This document shows positions 23,619-30,862 of a DNA stretch of 32,000 nt, one piece after another. Position 1 is the first letter of the stretch. Each line of letters begins with the position of its first letter. Source of the DNA: Synechococcus elongatus PCC 6301 (GTDB lineage Bacteria > Cyanobacteriota > Cyanobacteriia > Synechococcales > Synechococcaceae); the NCBI RefSeq assembly GCF_000010065.1, contig NC_006576.1:840001-872000 (forward strand), read 5' to 3'. Made by a program: the position numbers and the translations under genes. The notes under the pieces are model-generated. The model had not been told where the DNA came from. It ran no database searches and saw only the letters and a list, made by a program, of their open reading frames with translations.

Positions 23619-23879
23619 ATGAAAAATTACGCTGTGCCAAACATTGCGGCGCTTAGGAAGCGCACTGGGCTGAGCCAAACGCAGCTGGCTAACATCGTTG
23701 GCGTTGACCCTGTGACAATCCGCAACTGGGAAAGAGGGCGATCGGGCCTTGACTGGTTTGTGAAGCTCGCCAAGTTGTGCGAAGCACTTGACTGCTCTCC
23801 TCGTGACTTAGTCAAGGATCCGGACAGTGAATCAAAAAAGGTGCCACGGACAGTTAATGAGCTTTTTGCAAGCTTCTAA
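23619..23879 (+). CDS. XRE-type helix-turn-helix regulator (divergent third copy)
   Basis: LRKRTGLSQTQLANIVGVDPVTIRNWERG...LAKLCEALDCSPRDL. The internal ATG at 23619 is preferred, because the upstream part of the track ORF reads through R2. Confidence 0.78.
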   Translation: MKNYAVPNIAALRKRTGLSQTQLANIVGVDPVTIRNWERGRSGLDWFVKLAKLCEALDCSPRDLVKDPDSESKKVPRTVNELFASF

Positions 23880-23896
23880 AACTTTTTACGGGACGT

Positions 23897-23940
23897 GCCT
23901 GAAAAGCTCTCCCAGCCTACGTTTTCCGTTTCACTTCTCA
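23897..23940 (+). repeat. R3: conserved ~40-bp inter-cassette element
   Basis: gcctGAAAAGctCTCCCAGCCTaCGTTTTCCGTTTCacttctc, about 18 nt after the HTH3 stop. Confidence 0.8.
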
Positions 23941-23950
23941 TCACAAAAGC

Positions 23951-23984
23951 AAAGCCCCAAGTGTAGACCGAGGGGCTTTTTTGT
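23951..23984 (+). terminator. Rho-independent terminator
   Basis: AAAGCCCC - 13-nt loop - GGGGCTTT, followed by TTTTG. The composition switches to AT-rich immediately after it. Confidence 0.7.
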
Positions 23985-24306
23985 TAGATGAGGTGCTTTC
24001 AAATCGCTTTCTAGTGTTTTTATGACTACTAAAGCACTACATATAGTGTCTATTGTGTGATGTAATTCGCCTTGCTAACGAAAAGTGGAAAGCTTCGATA
24101 GTATGAAGTCGGAGCTTGTTAAGTCTCGCTTGGGGCGAAGGTATGCCGTATCTACCTGGAACAGGTCAAAACATAGAACGAATGGACGCCTGTTGAGTTA
24201 TCAAATTCGTGCGCTGAAATCAGTATAAGTCAAGAAAAATAGAACTTCTATAACAAGCTAATCCTATGTTAGGTCTGCGGGAGTAGGACGTCTGAGGGAA
24301 TTTCAC

Positions 24307-24858
24307 ATGGCTCTGGAATCAAGGGACAAATTAAAATCATTGGTTCACTACATTTGTAGTAAACGATCAGGTTCTCCGAGCCTGGGCTCAACCAAGCTGA
24401 ATAAGATTCTTTGGTTTCTCGATAGTATTGTTTACCGACAAACAGGAAAACCAATTACAGGTGCAAAATACAAAAAACTTCAACATGGTCCAGTACCAGT
24501 AGATATTCTTGCGATCCAAAAGGAATTGGAATCAGAAGGTAAGATATCTGTTAGTTATGACAGGTCTTACGGATTTGGATTCCGCACAACAATATATACT
24601 TCTTTGCAAGAGCCCGACAAAAGCTTGCTTGAAGAAGACGAACTCAAATTTGTAGATATTGTCATTTCACGGATCTGCGACGGCCACACAGCCAGATCCA
24701 TCAGCGAGCATTCGCATGACGTTATCTGGGAGGCTGCCGCCATGGGTGAGGAGATACCTCTTGAGGCAGTTTTAGCGTCAGAGGAAGCTCCACTAGAGCC
24801 TGAAGATATAGATTGGGCTCGTGGCGTCATCCGAAAACGGAAAGAAGGAATTGCTTAA
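24307..24858 (+). CDS. Panacea/SocA-like (DUF4065) antitoxin-domain protein
   Basis: GSTKLNKILWFLDSIVYRQTGKPITGAKYKKLQHGPVP matches the DUF4065 core pattern (KLxKLLYf.D ... G.P.tg..y....GPv). Confidence 0.72.
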   Translation: MALESRDKLKSLVHYICSKRSGSPSLGSTKLNKILWFLDSIVYRQTGKPITGAKYKKLQHGPVPVDILAIQKELESEGKISVSYDRSYGFGFRTTIYTSLQEPDKSLLEEDELKFVDIVISRICDGHTARSISEHSHDVIWEAAAMGEEIPLEAVLASEEAPLEPEDIDWARGVIRKRKEGIA

Positions 24859-25172
24859 TGCAAGGCGGGTCATGGTTTGCCAAGTCAATCATAGAGTCCG
24901 AAGAAACGATAAGAGTAAAGGATTATGCGTCTAGTGAATTTTGGCGCTTTGATTCAGCCTGGAACGGTATTACTTGGCGACTTGCAAGACAAGCTCATTT
25001 GATGGGGACGGAGATTGGCGGATACAGGGTATATAAATTCCCTGGAATTGACGCAGGCGGTGAATCTGTCCCATCCATGGTCTTGGTCTTTGAAGTCCGG
25101 GAGGATGAAGTAGAGATAATTGATTTGCGGATAGGCCCCCCTGTCGCTGACACCTACGAGCTGGATTGGTAG
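24858..25172 (+). CDS. Small unassigned protein translationally coupled to the DUF4065 gene (candidate toxin partner)
   Basis: Its ATG overlaps the upstream stop (TAATG at 24856-24860). 104 aa. The C-terminal YRVYKF...MVLVFEVREDEVEIIDLRI is only loosely reminiscent of RelE/ParE-fold strands. Confidence 0.55.
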   Translation: MQGGSWFAKSIIESEETIRVKDYASSEFWRFDSAWNGITWRLARQAHLMGTEIGGYRVYKFPGIDAGGESVPSMVLVFEVREDEVEIIDLRIGPPVADTYELDW

Positions 25173-25231
25173 TAGCAATCTACTGATAATTCAAGAGATC
25201 ACCTAGCCTTTTGATAGTTTAGGATAACCCA

Positions 25232-25272
25232 GCCGAAAAGCCTGCCCCATCATCGTTTTCCATTTCTATTCA
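25232..25272 (+). repeat. R4: diverged copy of the inter-cassette element
   Basis: GCCGAAAAgcCtgCCCcatcatCGTTTTCCaTTTCTATTc shares GCCGAAAA, CGTTTTCC and TTTCTATT with R2. Confidence 0.65.
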
Positions 25273-25360
25273 GGCTGCCAATTCACTTGTTAGAAGTTAA
25301 ATGTTGTGCTTCTGACAAACCTCAATACGTGGTTTACACACACAATTTTAGGTTCTGATC

Positions 25361-26089
25361 ATGCTGACAGATAATCATGAGGCTTTTTTCTCACCATCTA
25401 ATAACCAAACAATTTGGCGCTATATGGACTTCACAAAGTTCATTAGTTTACTTGAAACCCAAAAGCTTTTCTTTGCTAGGTTAGACCAGTTTGAGGATCC
25501 CTACGAAGGCACTTGGTCAAATGCAGGCATTCAAGTTCTTCGAAACCAAGTACAAATTGGTGCTTTCTCAAATAATGCTGCTGAACAATTAATCAATTTT
25601 CAGGATATTCAGAGGAAAATAATGTTTATCAGTTGTTGGCATGCCAATGAGTTTGAATCAGCAGCAATGTGGAAACTCTATCTAAATAGCAATGAAGGTG
25701 TTGCTATTAAAACTGATTACAATACACTCGCAATCAGCCTAGAAAGTGCACCACTAAAAGCGGGGATATCAATGGTGAGATATATTGATTATGACAATGA
25801 AGTAATTCCATTCAATAACATTTTTTATCCCATTACTCACAAAAGACGTAGTTTTGCCCATGAAAAAGAGCTTAGGGCAATTATGTGGACGCCAGAAGCC
25901 ATTCAAGATCCAGACAAGATACTAAATTCAGTTACTGTTGATATCTTGCCGTCTCAACTTATACAGTCTGTATATGTATCACCAACCGCACCTAGGTGGT
26001 TTGGTGAGTTAGTCGACAATGTGGCTCGCCGTTATAGTCTAGAAGTTCCTGTTATTCACTCAGATCTCTATAACCGACCTGTTTTCTAA
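25361..26089 (+). CDS. DUF2971 family protein
   Basis: IWRYMDFTKFISLLETQKLFFARLDQFEDPYEG matches the N-terminal DUF2971 pattern (l.rY......l..l....l.fs....f.DP.E). Confidence 0.6.
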   Translation: MLTDNHEAFFSPSNNQTIWRYMDFTKFISLLETQKLFFARLDQFEDPYEGTWSNAGIQVLRNQVQIGAFSNNAAEQLINFQDIQRKIMFISCWHANEFESAAMWKLYLNSNEGVAIKTDYNTLAISLESAPLKAGISMVRYIDYDNEVIPFNNIFYPITHKRRSFAHEKELRAIMWTPEAIQDPDKILNSVTVDILPSQLIQSVYVSPTAPRWFGELVDNVARRYSLEVPVIHSDLYNRPVF

Positions 26090-26314
26090 ACTGCTAAGTC
26101 TTTCAACCTATCAGAAGAGATATTAATTTTGTTCTTTTTGAAGATACTCTTCCCGACTAGGTAATAATGACATTGGGAGTTGAACTTCTTACTAGTTGCT
26201 GTAATTACTAGATATCTTAGCTACTTAACTAAAAAGTTTTAGTAACGATAGAATTCTAAGGTTTTACTTGTAATTTTGCATAAAATAAAGTTTGGATCTT
26301 CCAGAACAAAAAAC

Positions 26315-26907
26315 TTACCAAACACTAGATGCTGTTCTGACAGACAGATATTTCTGATTAAGTATTTCGTAAAAATTACCTCTTTTATTAATAATTTTAT
26401 CTAGTTCTTTAGCATCAAAGGTTATCACAACTATTTTATCCTTAACCTAGGCATTACGAATGATTTGTTTTGCATCTTTCGTGATGCCATTTGTAGCAAA
26501 AAAAATTCCAATATTAGCGTCAACATCCCGCATTTTGGAGCAGAAAGTTCTTAACTCACATGCACCTACTGTTTTTTGCCAATTTTTACATTCAACGATT
26601 AGTAAATAAGAAAATTCAAAGAAAAGAGTAGCTTCAATTCGTTTTACGGTAAAGTCTAAATCTATTTCTCCTGTTTCACACCTCCTTCTTTTACTATTAA
26701 GCTTTAGAATAAGGAGATTCTAGAAAATTATGAGCTAGCTCCTCAAGAACTAAACCAAGGTCATCATCTTCTCTTGGTTTATTTACTCTTGACAGTAAAT
26801 CAGTAAGCAAATCTCTAGACTTATTAATTTTCTCATCTAATACTATCTCAGGGGTACAGCTTCAACTTATCAAAGAGAGTTAAATCTTGGTGTGAGTTAT
26901 CTCCCAC
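26315..26907 (-). pseudogene. Mrr-type (Mrr_cat / PD-(D/E)xK) restriction endonuclease-like gene with multiple frameshifts and an in-frame TAG
   Basis: AGGAGG plus a GTG at 26907 opens a 19-codon frame. After a frame change comes ...DLLTDLLSRVNKPREDDDLGLVLEELAHNFLE. After another frame change comes GEIDLDFTVKR...LLIVECKNWQKTVGACELRTFCSKMRDVDANIGIFFATNGITKDAKQ (D..ExK core). Then a TAG at 26447-49, then VKDKIVVITFDAKELDKII. Confidence 0.7.
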
Positions 26908-26916
26908 TCTAGCCTC

Positions 26917-27654
26917 CTAAATCCGAGTTAAGACAATCTGATTATCTTGCAATTCTCGTGATTTAGAATCTTGATCTAACTCAAAAGTTTCATTAAATGA
27001 GTAGGTTAAAAATATATTTTTCTCGGAAACTTCAAACTCGTGAGAACAATGACTGCATTTATTCTCTTCATTCAAAGGTATATCTCTATAACTAGAGTAA
27101 ACTTCTATGGTTTCCTGACAATTTGGGCAGACAAGTTCAAATTGTTCTGTGAGGTACCCTAATCTCACTAACCTTGAAATAGTCTCTATCCATTTTCCTT
27201 CATCTAAGCTAAAGCCAAGTGTTTGATAGATTCGTGGGTTAAATCTTTTTCCATATCCATGGCTGCGAATAGCATGAATAAGTGATTGAATAACATTTTC
27301 ATCTGACGTGGTTACATCTGACTTTAAGCCTAATTTTTTCAATGATGGTAAAAACTTTATTTTGTGCACAATTGAAAAGACATACTCAATAAGCTCTTCA
27401 GGAACATCACTCATAAACCATATATTCCCTTGGCTACTAATATGCAAAGAAGACTCGATTATTTTTCTCGAATAAGAAGTATAGAGAAACTCTAGACGGG
27501 TTTCTCTTAAGTCCCCTTGAGCAAAATAATTTGTATATTCTTCAGATGCATCTAAGTCATCTAAATCAGGAGAGGCAGAGACATAGATTGTATCAATATC
27601 TCCACCAAATCTCTTATATTTTGTAGCTTTTGATTTCCCATTGAGTTCGTTGTT
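26917..27654 (-). CDS. Unassigned protein with a C-terminal zinc ribbon. The frame is open upstream of the TTG start and overlaps the end of the preceding ORF, so it is possibly the 3' half of a split gene.
   Basis: The track ORF 26917..27447 starts at TTG. The same frame stays open to 27654 and encodes a plausible peptide (KRFGGDIDTIYVSASPDLDD...). Zinc ribbon: CPNCQ-x18-CSHCSH. Confidence 0.5.
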   Translation of the reverse strand, partial: NNELNGKSKATKYKRFGGDIDTIYVSASPDLDDLDASEEYTNYFAQGDLRETRLEFLYTSYSRKIIESSLHISSQGNIWFMSDVPEELIEYVFSIVHKIKFLPSLKKLGLKSDVTTSDENVIQSLIHAIRSHGYGKRFNPRIYQTLGFSLDEGKWIETISRLVRLGYLTEQFELVCPNCQETIEVYSSYRDIPLNEENKCSHCSHEFEVSEKNIFLTYSFNETFELDQDSKSRELQDNQIVLTRI

Positions 27655-28297
27655 TTAAAAGCAAAATATCTTGATTAGTAAAAGTCATAGGTTCTATTTC
27701 TATGCCGAGCAACAATGACATCGAGTTGTACAGCATTTCACTTTCGCGAATACTAGCTCTTGTCTCGACAACAAAAGTTGTATCTAGAAGCCTAATGTAA
27801 GAATTTAAGCGCTTAGTAGGAATAACTATGCGTCTTTCATAATTATCTTCGATTTCATATTTTTTCCCAGCACAAACAAATTCAAGACGCAATAAATTTC
27901 CACTGATCCATTCAGCACTGTTAAAGGCAGGCTTTTGAGTAAGTTGAGGCCTTATTTCGTTCTTGAATGGATCAGCTGAGTTTCTATCTTGAATGATCTT
28001 GCTGAGCTCATTTCTAGATAGTATTCTCCTCTCTAGGGGTATACCCCAGCAAACTGAAACTCTACCTGCAAATTTATAAGATTGAATCAGTTTAATAATG
28101 CTATTGATGTCAATAGCATTTTGGTCAAGAAGTATTTGTACTTCATTGATAAGAGCATCTTTTGTAGTATGTTTTGGCAGATCTTGCCCACCATCGGCAT
28201 CACCCAATAATTCTTGAAGGGCTTTAACAGGAACATACTTATCTAGCTCCTGAAGAAGGGGAAAGAATCCTAAGTTATTGGAAGACTGCTCTTTCAT
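27614..28297 (-). CDS. Unassigned protein (227 aa), possibly the 5' half of a frameshift-split gene
   Basis: ATG-initiated ORF in AT-rich cargo. No motif I can assign. Its last 41 nt overlap the open upstream extension of the next ORF in the +1 frame. Confidence 0.55.
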   Translation of the reverse strand: MKEQSSNNLGFFPLLQELDKYVPVKALQELLGDADGGQDLPKHTTKDALINEVQILLDQNAIDINSIIKLIQSYKFAGRVSVCWGIPLERRILSRNELSKIIQDRNSADPFKNEIRPQLTQKPAFNSAEWISGNLLRLEFVCAGKKYEIEDNYERRIVIPTKRLNSYIRLLDTTFVVETRASIRESEMLYNSMSLLLGIEIEPMTFTNQDILLLKQRTQWEIKSYKI

Positions 28298-28489
28298 GCC
28301 GAGGCAATTAATTCAAAAGGTAATATCATTAATCCTGTTGGCCTTATTTTAGCCTAAACATACCCAAAGTGAGCTGCTCAGAATTAAAGTAAAGTAATAC
28401 TTATAGATTTATTGAGATTTAAGACAACTTAGGCAAAATAAGTAATAGTCAGTAGTCTAGAAGAATAAAAAATTATCTCAAGAACAATC

Positions 28490-28912
28490 TTACTTGAGAT
28501 GCTTAACTGAAGCACTAGTCAACTCTTGTAACTTAGATGCCACTTCCACTCTATGACATCTTGAGAAATCCATCTCTGCACAGAGCAATAAAATGTTTCC
28601 AGTCTCAAGCATCTCAGCAACTTCGCATAAGGTTTGCTTAGCTGCTTCAGGTTCAGGTGGAATCCAATGACTACTACCTGACAAATTACCTAGCGATGAC
28701 TTAGAAACATATTGAATATTTTCAGAGGTGCAAAGCTTTTGAAGAGCATCTCCGTACCACATTCTAGACCAGGCACGTGGCTTCAATCTTACATCGACTA
28801 CACAGGTGACACTAAATTCTCTAAGACAAGAAAGAAAAGCATCATAATTTTTTCGGTTTCCGTAACCGAAGGTCAGCACTGTCTTGCTTTCAGAAGTTGC
28901 TAAATCAGGCAT
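28490..28912 (-). CDS. DUF488 family protein
   Basis: LTFGYGNR, FSVTCVVDVRLKPR and ILLLCAEMDFSRCHR follow the DUF488 pattern (T.GHs.r..e.F...L......lvDVR..P ... LlC.E.....CHR). Confidence 0.75.
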   Translation of the reverse strand: MPDLATSESKTVLTFGYGNRKNYDAFLSCLREFSVTCVVDVRLKPRAWSRMWYGDALQKLCTSENIQYVSKSSLGNLSGSSHWIPPEPEAAKQTLCEVAEMLETGNILLLCAEMDFSRCHRVEVASKLQELTSASVKHLK

Positions 28913-28913
28913 T

Positions 28914-29729
28914 TTACAAGTCCAGTAAGCTCAGAGTTTGTACATCAGTTTCTCGGGAGTTTTTTGGAGGGTAAAATATTCCTATAATCATAAAAACTTT
29001 GCAATGCTGTTTGAGATTACCTACTATAAAATAAATATCTTTTTTAGACAAGAACTCATTTTCTAGCTTCTCTCTAACCTTGGATAAGGATTCTAATTCT
29101 CTTCCCTCTAGACTGGAAGCATTAGATTTATCTCGACACTTTCTATAAAGTTCGCAGATCTCCCAGTCGCTTATTGAGTACGAACGTTTTTTGTTATCTA
29201 CTTCAGTAAATTGGTAGCCAAACTGGTAAGGTATTTTCTCTAGATTCAACGAAGGCTCGAACAAATCACCCTGATCTTGAATAGCTCTTTGCTTTGGGCT
29301 CCACTCACGTTCAGTTTCTCTGCAAAAATATTTTTCTATACTTCTGGGCTTAATTATGCCTAAAGATTTTCCTTGTGCTTGTATTTCAGCGATAGATCTG
29401 AATTGCAAAGGTAATACAAAAGACTTACGCTCTTCCCAGTTATTTTTGGTTCCTATGTGCCTGACTACATCTATTGAAGTATCATTAATCCGATAACTTT
29501 CTTCTCGATAGTCTTTCTCATTTCTTTCGACTTCTGCACTAATAATCGACCATCTCTTATAACGCTTGTCGAAGTCTAGATTTCGAAATCTCACTGGATA
29601 AATTCGAATCCACTGGACGGGTTTTTCATTGGCATCCAGAAGAATTCCTGCAGTACAAACAGTTTCCTTATACTTGGTACTAATAGATGGATAGGTTTTA
29701 GTTGCAATTAGGATCTTTCGTCTTTCCAT
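28914..29729 (-). CDS. Unassigned 271-aa protein, first gene of a two-gene operon with DUF488
   Basis: Clean ATG ORF. Its stop TAA (28914-16) is separated by 1 nt from the DUF488 ATG (28912). I recognise no catalytic or family motif. Confidence 0.65.
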   Translation of the reverse strand: MERRKILIATKTYPSISTKYKETVCTAGILLDANEKPVQWIRIYPVRFRNLDFDKRYKRWSIISAEVERNEKDYREESYRINDTSIDVVRHIGTKNNWEERKSFVLPLQFRSIAEIQAQGKSLGIIKPRSIEKYFCRETEREWSPKQRAIQDQGDLFEPSLNLEKIPYQFGYQFTEVDNKKRSYSISDWEICELYRKCRDKSNASSLEGRELESLSKVREKLENEFLSKKDIYFIVGNLKQHCKVFMIIGIFYPPKNSRETDVQTLSLLDL

Positions 29730-29766
29730 CTACGTCATGAATCACATATTTTTAGCTAAGCCACCA

Positions 29767-29794
29767 TAATACTTTCTCTTGAGTCTTTGTTAAA
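29767..29794 (-). promoter_or_regulatory. Candidate sigma70-type promoter for the 271-aa/DUF488 operon
   Basis: Minus strand: TTAACA (29794-29789), a 16-nt spacer, then TATTAT (29772-29767), about 35-40 nt upstream of the ATG at 29729. Confidence 0.35.
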
Positions 29795-29946
29795 AAGCAA
29801 AATATGACCTTTTCATCTCAGATCAATGAATACATGAGAGTTAAACACTATCTGTAGTGGCCAAGTAGTTTTGATAGCCACTATCTTGTGTTTCTTATCG
29901 AGAGAATTAATCTCACTTCTCAGCTAACTGTTGCCTCGGCTCCTCT

Positions 29947-29972
29947 CAAAACACCCCCAGCCGCTGTCTGCA
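29947..29972 (+). repeat. R5: possible half-copy of the inter-cassette element at the right GC boundary
   Basis: caAAACacCCCCAGCCgctg shares AAAA-n-C..CCCAGCC with the left half of R1-R3. The right half is not conserved. Confidence 0.3.
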
Positions 29973-30000
29973 CCTATTGAGCGATCGCACCAATCAAGCC

Positions 30001-30465
30001 CTAGGCAAACGGGTCTTGATTACTGCCCATCATGCGGCTGAGACGTCGGGCACGCTCACCCACCTGGTCAGCCCAGAGGCTGTTCAGCATCTCATCAGCT
30101 GCCTCGGCGTAGCGTCCGGCCTCAATGTGGCCTAGGGTCTTACGGAAGCGAAGCAGGCCGTCGATACCCAGATTAATTGCCATGTCGATCAGCACTCGCT
30201 GACGCACCCACGAAAGCTGTCTAACCCAAGGCAGGCGCGACTCAAGCTGTCGCATTGCGTGGTCGATGTCGCTCACCAGCAGCAACCGCGCTTCAGCCTC
30301 ACTGATGCCGCGGTCGTCCAGATTGCGACCGATGCCAATCGTCAGCCTGCCCGCCGTGCAGCGGTACGGCTTCAGCCGCAAGCCCTCATGCAAGGTCAAC
30401 TGCCGAATCAGGTCGACACGCTCGCCGGTAAGTTGGTCTGCAATCGTGCGGATGCGGTCACTCAT
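30001..30465 (-). CDS. Phage lysozyme (glycoside hydrolase family 24, T4-lysozyme type)
   Basis: LTLHEGLRLKPYRCTAGRLTIGIGRNL (catalytic E, then the D/T region), typical of GH24 endolysins. Confidence 0.85.
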   Translation of the reverse strand: MSDRIRTIADQLTGERVDLIRQLTLHEGLRLKPYRCTAGRLTIGIGRNLDDRGISEAEARLLLVSDIDHAMRQLESRLPWVRQLSWVRQRVLIDMAINLGIDGLLRFRKTLGHIEAGRYAEAADEMLNSLWADQVGERARRLSRMMGSNQDPFA

Positions 30466-30638
30466 TTCTTCGCTCTTGCGCCAAGGAACCCTGCCGCAAA
30501 CTCAACCGCTCGATAGACCCCACCCAGCACCTGATTATCCTTAGGCGTTGGGGTCAAATTCACAATCACCAGCGCGGCCGCATGGACGTACAGAAATACC
30601 GTGAAAATCTCATCCTTGTGCTGGAGGATTTGAGACAT
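30462..30638 (-). CDS. Small hydrophobic phage protein (58 aa), coupled to the lysozyme gene
   Basis: My own translation: MSQILQHKDEIFTVFLYVHAAALVIVNLTPTPKDNQVLGGVYRAVEFAAGFLGARAKK. Its stop overlaps the lysozyme ATG (ATGA at 30462-65). It is below the track length cutoff. Confidence 0.45.
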   Translation of the reverse strand: MSQILQHKDEIFTVFLYVHAAALVIVNLTPTPKDNQVLGGVYRAVEFAAGFLGARAKK

Positions 30639-30667
30639 GGAGTTTGTGAAAAATCAACACCCCAATT

Positions 30668-30862
30668 CTAATTACCCCCATCATCCTTGTCTTGGCTTCG
30701 AGGGGTCATCAGAGCAAACAGCGACGAGACGTAGATCATCGTCAGCTCAGCGAAGCGCGGCCGAAGCTCCTTGTCCTGGTAGGCCATGACGCTGAAGGCG
30801 ATGAACAGCAGCGTTGCCAGCCCAGCCAGCACATTGAACCGCTGCCGATCATCGCTGCTCAT
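30668..30862 (-). CDS. Holin-like small membrane protein (64 aa, two hydrophobic segments)
   Basis: The internal ATG at 30862 overlaps the M15 stop (ATGA). FNVLAGLATLLFIAFSVMAY and MIYVSSLFALM are hydrophobic; the C-terminus is charged. Confidence 0.5.
   Translation of the reverse strand: MSSDDRQRFNVLAGLATLLFIAFSVMAYQDKELRPRFAELTMIYVSSLFALMTPRSQDKDDGGN

Larger units (their letters stand above)
23985..29945. other. AT-rich, HIP1-free cargo segment inside the prophage (accessory/defence-type genes)
   Basis: By eye the segment is strongly AT-rich relative to its flanks. I find no GCGATCGC between 23344 and 29980, although it occurs every few hundred bp elsewhere. Confidence 0.75.

Noticed and set aside
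22842-25272. Whether the recurring ~40-bp element is a CRISPR array or integron attC sites
   Set aside because: The spacing is irregular (about 350 bp to more than 1 kb) and the intervals contain whole genes, so it is not a CRISPR array. The arms (GAAAAC/GTTTTC) do not fit the attC RYYYAAC/GTTRRRY cores, and no integron integrase is present in the window.
26090-26314. AT-rich non-coding stretch between the DUF2971 gene and the nuclease pseudogene as a possible small RNA or additional gene
   Set aside because: I could find no open frame, convincing hairpin or repeat. It is most likely a convergent intergenic region or further gene debris.
29850-29885. AGTGGC ... GCCACT inverted repeat upstream of the 271-aa gene promoter
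   Set aside because: The stem is only 6 bp with a 15-nt loop and no T-run or repeat partner, so it is too weak to call an operator or terminator.
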